From assembly GCA_964016885.1 (NCBI GenBank), contig OZ024743.1, forward strand, positions 100,874,001 through 100,938,000: 64,000 nt of DNA. Direction: 5' to 3'. The notes under the pieces are model-generated. The model did no database searches. It saw nothing but the letters and a program-made list of their open reading frames with translations, and was not told the origin of the DNA. This DNA is from Eledone cirrhosa (Eukaryota). The position numbers and the translations under genes are program-made. Of this stretch, positions 1 through 10,919 are shown in pieces (position 1 is the stretch's first letter; every line of letters starts with the position of its first letter).

Positions 1-12
1 AGTCTGCTGTTG

Positions 13-3000
13 GGTAGTCTATCGTCTAACACAGGTAATCTAAGGTCTAACACAGGTAGTCTATCTTCTAACACAGGTAGTCTATCGTCTAACACAGGTA
101 GTCTATCATCTAACACAGGTAGTCTATCGTCTAACACAGGTAGTCTAAGGTCTAACACAGGTAGTCTATCGTCTAACACAGGTAGTCTATCGTCTAACAC
201 AGGTAGTCTATCGTCTAACACAGGTAGTCTATCGTCTGACACAGGTAGTCTATCGTCTAACACAGATAGTCTATCGTATAACACAGGTAATCTAAGGTCT
301 AACACAGGTAGTCTATCTTCTAACACAGGTAGTCTATCGTCTAACACAGGTAGTCTATCGTCTAACACAGGTAGTCTATCGTCTAACACAGGTAGTCTAT
401 CGTCTAACACAGGTAGTCTATCGTCTAACACAGGTAGTCTATCGTCTAACAGAGGTAGTCTATCGTATAACACAGGTAGTCTAAGGTCTAACACAGGTAG
501 TCTATCGTCTAACACAGGTAATCTAAGGTCTAACACAGATAGTCTATCGTATAACACAGGTAATCTAAGGTCTAACACAGGTAGTCTATCGTCTAACACA
601 GGTAGTCTATCGTCTAACACAGGTAGTCTATCGTCTAACACAGGTAGTCTATCGTCTAACACAGGTAGTCTATCATCTAACACAGGTAGTCTATCGTCTA
701 ACACAGGTAGTCTATCGTCTAACACAGGTAGTCTATCGTCTAACACAGGTAGTCTATCGTCTAACACAGGTAGTCTAAGGTCTAACACAGGTAGTCTATC
801 GTCTAACACAGGTTGTCTATCGTCTAACACAGGTAGTCTATCGTCTAACACAGTTAGTCTAAGGTCTAACACAGGTAGTCTATCGTCTAACACAGGTAGT
901 CTAAGGTCTAACACAGGTAGTCTATCGTCTAACACAGGTAGTCTATCGTCTAACACAGGTAGTCTATCATCTAACACAGGTAGTCTATCGTCTAACACAG
1001 GTAGTCTATCATCTAACACAGGTAGTCTATCGTCTAACACAGGTAGTCTATCGTCTAACACAGGTAGTCTATCGTCTAACACAGGTAGTCTATCGTCTAA
1101 CACAGGTAGTCTATCGTCTAACACAGGTAGTCTAAGGTCTAACACAGGTAGTCTATCGTCTAACACAGGTAGTCTATCGTCTAACACAGGTAGTCTATCG
1201 TCTAACACAGGTAGTCTATCATCTAACACAGGTAGTCTATCGTCTAACACAGGTAGTCTATCATCTAACACAGGTAGTCTATTGTCTAACACAGGTAGTC
1301 TATCATCTAACACAGGTAGTCTATCGTCTAACACAGGTAGTCTATCGTCTAACACAGGTAGTCTAAGGTCTAACACAGGTAGTCTATCGTCTAACACAGG
1401 TAGTCTATCGTCTAACACAGGTAGTCTATCGTCTAACACAGGTAGTCTATCGTCTAACACAGGTAGTCTATCGTCTAACACAGGTAGTCTAAGGTCTAAC
1501 ACAGGTAGTCTATCGTCTAACACAGGTAGTCTATCGTCTAACACAGGTAGTCTATGGCCTAACACAGGTAGTCTATCATCTAACACAGGTAGTCTATCGT
1601 CTAACACAGGTAGTCTATCATTTAACACAGGTAGTCTATCGTCTAACACAGGTAGTCTATCGTCTAACACAGGTAGTCTAACACAGGTAGTCTATCGTCT
1701 AACACAGGTAGTCTATCATCTAACACAGGTAGTCTATCGTCTAACACAGGTAGTCTATCGTCTAACACAGGTAGTCTATCATCTAACACAGGTAGTCTAT
1801 CGTCTAACACAGGTAGTCTATCATCTAACACAGGTAGTCTATCGTCTAACACAGGTAGTCTAACACAGGTAGTCTATCGTCTAACACAGGTAGTCTATCA
1901 TCTAACACAGGTAGTCTATCGTCTAACACAGGTAGTCTATCGTCTAACACAGGTAGTCTATCATCTAACACAGGTAGTCTATCGTCTAACACAGGTAGTC
2001 TATCATCTAACACAGGTAGTCTATCGTCTAACACAGGTAGTCTAAGGTCTAACACAGGTAGTCTATCGTCTAACACAGGTAGTCTATCGTCTAACACAGG
2101 TAGTCTATCGTCTAACACAGGTAGTCTATCATCTAACACAGGTAGTCTATCGTCTAACACAGGTAGTCTATCGTCTAACACAGGTAGTCTATCGTCTAAC
2201 ACAGGTAGTCTATCGTCTAACACAGGTAGTCTATCGTCTAACACAGGTAGTCTATCATCTAACACAGGTAGTCTATCATCTAACACAGGTAGTCTATCGT
2301 CTAACACAGGTAGTCTATCGTCTAACACAGATAGTCTATCGTCTAACACAGGTAGTCTATCATCTAACACAGGTAGTCTAACACAGGTAGTCTGTCGTCT
2401 AATACATATAGTCTATCGTCTAACACAGGTAGTCTATCGTCTAACACAGGTAGTCTATCGTCTAACACAGGTAGTATATCGTCTAACACAGGTAGTCTAT
2501 CGTCTAACACAGGTAGTCTAAGGTCTAACACAGGTAGTCTATCGTCTAACACAGGTAGTCTATCGTCTAACACAGGTAGTCTATCGTCTAACACAGGTAG
2601 TCTAAGGTCTAACACAGGTAGTCTATCGTCTAACACAGATAGTCTATCGTCTAACACAGGTATTCTATCATCTAACACAGGTAGTATATCGTCTAACACA
2701 GGTAGTCTATCGTCTAACACAGGTAGTCTAAGGTCTAACACAGGTAGTCTATCGTCTAACACAGGTAGTCTATCGTCTAACACAGGTAGTCTAAGGTCTA
2801 ACACAGGTAGTCTATCGTCTAACACAGATAGTCTATCGTCTAACACAGGTATTCTATCATCTAACACAGATAGTCTATCGTCTAACACAGGTAGTCTATC
2901 GTCTAACACAGGTAGTCTATCGTCTAACACAGTTAGTCTAACGCAGGTAGTCTATCGTCTAACACAGATAGTCTATCGTCTAACACAGGTAGTCTATCGT

Positions 3001-3392
3001 CTAACACAGATAGTCTATCGTCTAACACAGGTAGTCTATCGTCTAACACAGGTAGTCTAACACAGGTAGTCTATCGTCTAACACAGGTAGTCTATCGTCT
3101 AACACAGGTAGTCTATCGTCTAACACAGGTAGTCTATCATCTAACACAGGTAGTCTATCGTCTAACACAGGTAGTCTATCATCTAACACAGGTAGCCTAT
3201 CGTCTAACACAGGTAGTCTATCATCTAACACAGGTAGTCTATCGTCTAACACAGGTAGTCTAACACAGGTAGTCAATCGTCTAACACAGGTGGTCTAACA
3301 CAGGTAGTCTATCGTCTAACACAGGTGGTCTAACACAGGTAGTCTATTGTCTAACACAGGTAGTCTGTCATCTAACACAGGTAGTCTATCGT
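13..3392. repeat. Tandem array (minisatellite) of a 21-bp unit, consensus GTCTAACACAGGTAGTCTATC, about 160 copies
   Basis: The head-to-tail 21-bp period is directly visible. Recurrent variants are tatcg>tatca, tatcg>taagg, caggt>cagat, and 14-bp units lacking GTCTATC. The array ends at 'gtctatcgttaac' (~3392). Bases 1-12 depart from consensus, so the left edge may lie inside the window. Confidence 0.98.
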
Positions 3393-3552
3393 TAACTTAA
3401 TACTCTGGTGGATGGATTTAGCTATTTTCTGGATAGTCTCCATGGTGCTAGCTTCTAGTTCACGGGTACTTTCTTATGGGGTGTTTTAACACTATATTGA
3501 TATTATCAACATAGCGAGAGTACATGGCTATGGCTATGGAGCTCTCTACTGA

Positions 3553-3564
3553 GGGGGGGGGGGG
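3553..3564. repeat. G12 homopolymer
   Basis: Twelve consecutive G at 3553-3564. Confidence 0.95.
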
Positions 3565-3733
3565 TATTTTTGCTATCGAGGTGATGGTTGGAGGTTTACC
3601 TCTTACTGATCTAATGGGGCAGTTATGGTGGTGCTTTTCTAGGTACTCTCTGGCAACATTAGCAACATGACCATCCCCAAATACAACAATATCTATTTTA
3701 ACACAATTTCACATTAAAAGTCTTGCAAAACAA

Positions 3734-3745
3734 ATATATATATAT
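3734..3745. repeat. (AT)6 microsatellite flanked by AAAACAAA / TTTGTTTT inverted arms
   Basis: The sequence reads aaaacaaatatatatatatgtttgtttgtttt. Confidence 0.85.
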
Positions 3746-3760
3746 GTTTGTTTGTTTTTA

Positions 3761-3794
3761 TCCACCCCTGGTTCTCTGGAGAACCCAAGGTGGA
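3761..3794. repeat. 34-bp imperfect inverted repeat (hairpin)
   Basis: tccacc-cct-ggttctc-tg-gagaacc-caa-ggtgga: 13 of 16 positions are Watson-Crick complementary. Confidence 0.75.
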
Positions 3795-3881
3795 GAGATA
3801 GGGGAACTGATAAAATTCAATCTCTTCTCTCTCAATATATTGAGAGAAGACAGATTGAATTTTATCAGTTCCACTAACTCT
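3794..3881. repeat. 88-bp imperfect palindrome with no loop
   Basis: ggaactgataaaattcaatct (3803-3823) is the exact reverse complement of agattgaattttatcagttcc (3852-3872). The centre caatatattg is self-complementary. There are 3 mismatches in 35 pairs over 3803-3872, extending to 3794-3881 with 2 more. Confidence 0.95.
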
Positions 3882-4090
3882 TGATAAAGATAATGTGCAT
3901 AATTGCAAACGAATCGAATGTTATTATTAATATTCGAAAAACTCAGATTACATTTATTGTATTCAGCCATGTAGAGCGAAATTTTCTTTTTTATTTGAAT
4001 TTGGCAAAGCCGGCCATTTATCGCTCGTATACAGGAAACTGACTGGCCAGTCTGCTGATATGCAAATCTGGCTGATCAGTGGATCTGTTA

Positions 4091-4103
4091 ATATATATAT
4101 ATA
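4091..4103. repeat. (AT)n microsatellite
   Basis: atatatatatata lies immediately 5' of the 116-bp palindrome. Confidence 0.9.
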
Positions 4104-4104
4104 A

Positions 4105-4220
4105 GAAGGATTCGGGACCCCGACGGCCGAGCTCCTGCCGTTTCAACAGCTAGGTCCGATTTCGGATCTAGCTGTTGAATCGGCAGGCAGGAGCTCAGCC
4201 GTCAAGGTCACGAATCCTTC
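4105..4220. repeat. 116-bp GC-rich imperfect palindrome (possible foldback/MITE-like element remnant)
   Basis: The left arm 4105-4159 (gaaggattcg...ggtccga) matches the reverse complement of 4162-4220 at 49/55 positions, with one 4-nt bulge (GCAG duplication). It is about 59% GC in an AT-rich context. The palindrome is seen directly; the mobile-element origin is inference. Confidence 0.9.
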
Positions 4221-4309
4221 ATATTACGCACTCTACCCTCCCAACTATCGAGTACTTTGGTGAGTAATGCTCTATATATATGGAAATCAAATAAAATCGA
4301 AGCTGCACA

Positions 4310-4350
4310 GTTTAAAGACTGTTTCGTGCGGTAATTTACCGTCTTTAAAC
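4310..4350. repeat. Inverted repeat with 15-bp arms, left arm interrupted by a 10-nt insertion
   Basis: gtttaaagac[tgtttcgtgc]ggtaa-t-ttaccgtctttaaac. Confidence 0.8.
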
Positions 4351-4410
4351 ACTTCAACATATTGTCTCGTTCCTCCAGGAAAATAACAGTTTTGGCAACA
4401 GAAAACAGAA

Positions 4411-4428
4411 CAACAACAACAACAACAA
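4411..4428. repeat. (CAA)6 microsatellite
   Basis: caacaacaacaacaacaa. Confidence 0.95.
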
Positions 4429-7400
4429 TTTTGTCAGGTTTCTTCCAACATAAAAACAACAATAAAAAACTAAACAAAAACTTCCGGTAGTTTCCACGAC
4501 AGATGAAATAATGAGAATCGTTAGAGGAATATAAGAGGAGAAAAGACTAAAACATATGAAAGAGAACGGTACAAACATGAGTGTCAGCCGTGTATCTTCT
4601 TTCAACTCTTTACTTTTATACACTCTCTCTAGTTATCTCGTCTTCCCTCTCTTTCTCTCCCGAATCGGTTTTACCTCTCACCACCTTTTCACTCCCTCTC
4701 TACATAATTTCCGCATCTTTCACTCCAAGTCTTTCTATAATATATTCCCCACACTTTCTATAATATATTCCTCACTCTTTCTATATATTCCCCACTCTTT
4801 CTATATATTCCTCACTCTTTCTATATATTCATCACTCTTTCTATATATTGCCCACTCTTTCTATGTATTCCCCACTCTTTCTATATATTCCACACTCTTT
4901 CTATATATTCCTCACTCTTTCTATATATTCCCCACTCGTTCTATATATTCCCCACTCTTTTTATATATTCCCCACCCTTTTTATATATTCCCCACTCTTT
5001 CTATATATTCCTCACTCTTTCTATAATATCTTCCCCACTCTTTCTATATATTCCTCACTCTTTCTATATATTCCCCAGACTTTCTATATATTCCCCACTC
5101 TTTCTATATATTCCCCACTCTTTTTATATATTCCTCATTCTTTCTATATGTTCCTCACTCTTTCTATATATTCCCCAGACTTTCTATATATTCCCCACTC
5201 TTTCTATATATTCCCCACTCTTTCTATATATTCCCCACTCTTTTTATATATTCCTCATTCTTTCTATATGTTCCTCACTCTTTCTATATATTCCCCAGAC
5301 TTTCTATATATTCCCCACTCTTTCTATATATTCCCCACTCTTTTTATATATTCCCCATTCTTTCTATATGTTCCTCACTCTTTCTATATATTCCCCAGAC
5401 TTTCTATATATTCCCCACTCTTTCTATATATTCCCCACTATTTTTATATATTCCTCATTCTTTCTATATGTTCCTCACTCTTTCTATATATTCCCCAGAC
5501 TTTCTATATATTCCCCACTCTTTCTATATATTCCCCACTCTTTCTATATATTCCCCACTATTTTTATATATTCCCCACTCTTTCTATATATTCCTCACTC
5601 TTTCTATATATTCCCCAGGCTTTCCATATATTCCCCACTCTTTCTATATATTCCCCACTCTTTTTATATATTCCTCATTATTTCTATATATTCCTCACTC
5701 TTTCTATATATTCCCCAGACTTTCTATATATTCCCCACTCTTTCTATATATTCCCCACTCTTTTTATATATTCCTCATTCTTTCTATATGTTCCTCACTC
5801 TTTCTATATATTCCTCACTCTTTCTATATATTCCCCACTCTTTCTATATATTCCTCACTATTTCTATATATACCTCACTCTTTCTATATATTCCCCACTC
5901 TTTCTATATATTCCTCACTATTTCTATATATACCTCACTCTTTTTATATATTCCCCACTCTTTTTATATATTCCCCACTCTTTCTATATATTCCTCACTC
6001 TTTCTATAATATCTTCCCCACTCTTTCTATATATTCCCCACTCTTTCTATATATTCCCCACTTTTTCTATATATTCCCCACTCTTTCTATATATTCCCCA
6101 CTCTTTTTATATATTCCTCATTCTTTCTATATGTTCCTCACTCTTTCTATATATTCCTCACTCTTTCTATATATTCCCCACTCTTTCTATATATTCCCCA
6201 CTCTTTCTATATATTCCCCACTCTTTTTATATATTCCTCATTCTTTCTATATGTTCCTCACTCTTTCTATATATTCCTCACTCTTTCTATATATTCCCCA
6301 CTCTTTCTATATATTCCCCACTCTTTCTATATATTCCCCACTCTTTTTATATATTCCTCATTCTTTCTATATATTCCTCACTATTTCTATATATTCCTCA
6401 CTCTTTCTATATATTCCCCACTCTTTCTATATATTCCCCACTCTTTCTATATATTCCCCACTCTTTTTATATATTCCCCACTCTTTCTATATATACCCCA
6501 CTCTTTCTATATATTCCTCATTCTTTCTATAATATATTCCCCACTCTTTCTATATATTCCCCACTCTTTCTATATATGCCCCACTCTTTCTATATATTCA
6601 TCACTCTTTCTATAATATATTCCCCACTCTTTCTATATATTCCCCACTCTTTATATATATTCCCCACTCTTTCTATATATTCCTCACTCTTTCTATATAT
6701 TCCTCACTTTTTTTATTATCCCCACTCTTTCTATAATATATTCGTCACTCTTTCTATATATTCCCCACTCCTTCTATATATTCCCCACTCTTTCTATATA
6801 TTCCCCACTCTTTCTATATAATCGCCACTCTTTCTATATATTCCTCACTCATTCTATATAGTCCCCACTCTTTCTATATATTCCTCACTCTTTCTATATA
6901 TTCCCCACTCTTTCTATAATATATTCCCCACTCTTTCTATATATTCCCCACTTTTTCTATATATTCCCCACTCTTTCTATATATTCCCCACTCTTTCTAT
7001 ATATTCCACACTCTTTCTATATATTCCTCACTCTTTCTATAATATATTCCCCACTCTTTCTATATGTTCCTCACTCTTTCTATACTATCTAACCTCACTC
7101 TTTCTATATATTCCCCACTCATCGTATATATTCCCCACTCTTTCTATATATTCCCCACTCTTTCTATATATTCCCCACTCTTTCTATATATTCCTCACTC
7201 TTTCTATATATTCCTTACACTTTCTACAATATCTTCCCAACACTTTCTATATATTCCCCACTCTTTCTATATATTCCTCACTCTTTCTATATATTCCCCC
7301 ACTGTTTCTATATATTCCCCACTCTTTCTATACATTCCCCAATCTTTCTATATATTCCTCACTCTTTCTATATATTCCCCCCTCTTTCTATATATACCTC

Positions 7401-10400
7401 ACTCTTTCTATATATTCCCAACTCTTTCTATAATATGTTCCCCACTCTTTCTATATATTCCTCACTCTTTCTATATATTCCCCCACTGTTTCTATATATT
7501 CCCCACTCTTTCTATACATTCCCCAATCTTTCTATATATTCCTCACTCTTTCTATATATTCCCCCCTCTTTCTATATATACCTCACTCTTTCTATATATT
7601 CCCAACTCTTCTATATATTCCCCATTCTTTCTATATATTCCCCACTCTTTCTATAATATGTTCCCCACTCTTTCTATATATTCCCCACTCTTTCTATATA
7701 TTCCCCACTCTTTCTATATATTCGCCACTCTTTCTATATATTCCTCACTCTTTCTATATATTCCCCACTCTTTCTATATATTCCCCACTCTTTCTATAAT
7801 ATGTTCCCCACTCTTTCTATACATTCCCCACTCTTTCTATATATTCCACAGTCTTTCTATATATACCTCACTCTATCTATATATTCCCAACTCTTTCTAT
7901 ATATTCCACATTCTTTCTATATATTCCCCACTCTTTCTATAATATGTTCCCCACTCTTTCTATATATTCCCCACTCTTTCTATATATTCCCCACTCTTTC
8001 TATATATATTCCCCACTCTTTCTATATATTCTTCACTCTTTCTATATATTATCCACTCTTTTTATATATTCCCCACTCTTTCTATATATTCACCCCTCTT
8101 TCTATATATTCCTCACACTTTCTATATATTCCTCATTCTTTCTATATATTCCTCACTCTTTCTATAATATCTTCCCCACACTTTCTATATCTTCCTCACT
8201 CTTTCTATATATTCCCCACTCTTTCTATATATTCGCCACTCTTTCTATATATTCCCCATTCTTTCTATATATTCCCCACTCTTTCTATAATATGTTCCCC
8301 ATTCTTTCTATATATTCCCCACTCTTTCTATATATTCCCCACTCTTTCTATATATTCCCCACTCTTTCTTTATATTCCCCACTCTTTCTATATGTTCCCA
8401 ACTCTTTCTATATATTCCCCACTCTTTTTATATATACCCACTCTTTTTATATATTCCCCACTCTTTTTATATATTCCCCACTCTTTCTATATATTCCTCA
8501 CTCTTTCTATAATATATTCCCCACTCTTTCTATATATTCCCCAATCTTTCTATATATTCCCCACACTTTCTATATATTCCCCACTCTTTCTATAATATAT
8601 TCCTCACTCTTTCTATATATTCCCCACTCCTATATATTCCCCACTCTTTCTATATATTCCCCACTCTTTCTATATATTCCTCACTCTTTCTATATATTCC
8701 GCACTCTTTCTATAAAATATTCCCCACTCTTTCTATATATTCCCCACCTTTTTTATATATTCCCCACTCCTTCTATATATTCCCCACTCTTTCTATATAT
8801 TCCTCACTCTTTCTATATATTGATCACTCTTTCTATAATATATTCCCCACTCTTTCTATATATTGCTCCCTCTTTCTAATAATATATTCCCCAACCTTTC
8901 TATATATTCCCCACTATTTCTATATATTCCCCACTCTTTCTATATATTCCTCATTCTTTCTATATATTCCCCACTCTTTCTATATATTCCTCAGTCTTTC
9001 TATATATTCCCCACTCTTTCTATAATATCTAACCTCACTCTTTCTATATATTCCCTCACTCTTCGTCTATATTCCTCACTCTTTCTATATAATCCACACT
9101 CTTTCTATATATTCCCCACTCTTTCCATATATTCCTCACTGTTTCTATATATTTCCCACTCTTTCTATATATTCCTCACTCTTTCTATATATTCCCCACT
9201 CTTTCTATATATTCCCCACTCTTTCTATATATTCCCCACTCTTTCTATATATTCCACACTCTTTCTATATATTCCCCACTCTTTTTATATATTCCCGACT
9301 CTTTCTATATATTCCCCACTCTTTCTATATATTCCCCACTCTTTTTATATATTCCCCACTCTTTCTATATATACGTCACTCTTTCTATAATATATTCTCC
9401 ACTCTTTCTATATATTCCCGAATCTTTCTATATATTCCCCACTCTTTCTATATATTCATCACTCTTTCTATATATTCCCACTCTTTCTATATATTCCTCA
9501 CTCTTTCTATATATTCCTCACTTTTTCTATATATTCCCCACTCTTTCTATAATATATTCCTCACTCTTTCTATATATTCCCCACACTTTCTATATATTCC
9601 CAACTCTTTCTATATATTCCCCACTCTTTCTATAATATATTCCTCACCCTTTCTATATATTCCCCACTCTTTCTATATATTCGCCACTCTTTCTATATAT
9701 TCTGCACTCTTTCTTTATATTCCTCATTCTTTCTATATATTCCCCACTCTTTCTATATATTCCTCACTCTTTCTATATATTCCTCACTCTTTCTATAATA
9801 TATTCCCCACTCTTTCTATATATTCCTCACTCTTTCTATAGTATCTAACCTCACTCTTTCTATATATTCCCCACTCATCGTATATATTCCCTACTCTTTC
9901 TATATATTCCCCCTCTTTCTATATATACCTCACTCTTTCTATATATTCCCAACTCTTTCTATATATTCCCCATTCTTTCTATATATTCCCCACTCTTTCT
10001 ATAATATGTTCCCCACTCTTTATATATATTCCCCACTCTTTCTATATATTCCCCACTCTTTCTATATATTCCCCACTCTTTCTATATATTCCTCACTCTT
10101 TCTATATATTCCCCACTCTTTCTATATATTCCCCACTCTTTTTATATATTCCCCACTCTCTCTATATATTCCCCACTCTTTCTATATATTCCTCACTCTT
10201 TCTATATATTCCTCATTCTTTCTATATATTCCCCACTCTTTCTATAATATATTCCCCATTCTTTCAATATATTCCCCACTCTTTCTATATATTCCTCACT
10301 CTTTCTATATATTCCTCACTCTTTCTATATATTCCCCACTCTTTCTATATATTCCTCACTCTTTCTATATATTCCTTACTCTTTTTATATATTCCTCACT

Positions 10401-10919
10401 CTTTCTATAATATCTTCCCCACTCTTTCTATATCTTCCCCACACTTTCTATATATTCCCCACTCTTTCTATATATTCCTCACTCTTTCTATATATTCCCC
10501 ACTCTTTCTATATATTCCCCACTCTTTCTATATATTCCTTACTCTTTCTAGAATATCTTCCCCACACTTTCTATATATTCCCCACTCTTTCTATATATTC
10601 CTCACTCTTTCTATATATTCCCCACTCTTTCTATATATTCCCCACTCTTTCTATAATATGTTCCCCACTCATTCTATATATTCCCCAGTCTTTCTATACA
10701 TGCCCCACTCTTTCTATATATTGCCCACTCTTTCTATATATACCTCATTCTTTCTATATGTTCCCAACTCTTTCTATATATTCCCCATTCTTTCTATATA
10801 TTCCCCACTCATTCTATATATTCCCCACTCTTTCTATATATTCCTCACTCTTTTTATATATTCCCCACTCTTTCTATATATTCCCCACTCTTTTTATATA
10901 TTCCCCAATCTTTCCATAT

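Larger units (their letters stand above)
3393..4729. other. Unique AT-rich non-coding spacer between the two tandem arrays
   Basis: There is no tandem periodicity. The ORFs are short (60-90 aa), low-complexity and lack a recognisable domain. The region contains palindromes and microsatellites. Confidence 0.85.

Noticed and set aside
1664-3276. Minus-strand (LDDRLPV)n ORFs
   Set aside because: They are translations of the 21-bp repeat, bounded by 14-bp frameshifting monomers, with no unique coding sequence.
13-3392. Long yeast-type telomeric repeat
   Set aside because: There is only a short GTCTAAC resemblance. The unit lacks a G-rich strand, and the variant and deletion pattern is that of a minisatellite.
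4031-4090. Hammerhead-ribozyme-like motifs (GAAACUG...CAGUC followed by CUGAUCA)
   Set aside because: A stem III with a GUC triplet can be drawn, but the core reads CUGAUCA rather than CUGANGA (loss of G8), and stems I and II do not pair next to the core.
4105-4125. Pol III B-box / tRNA-derived SINE head (ggattcgggacc)
   Set aside because: It is a poor match to GTTCRANNC, with no A-box at the proper spacing and no cloverleaf. The sequence is explained as a palindrome arm.
3714-4763. Short ORFs in the spacer (60-89 aa)
   Set aside because: They are low-complexity, run through microsatellites and palindromes, overlap one another and show no recognisable domain.
7085-7100. Shared TCTAAC between the 21-bp unit and the tctaacctcac variant of the 20-bp satellite, suggesting common origin
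   Set aside because: The match is only 6-7 bp in AT/C-rich sequence and the rest of the units do not align, so chance is sufficient.
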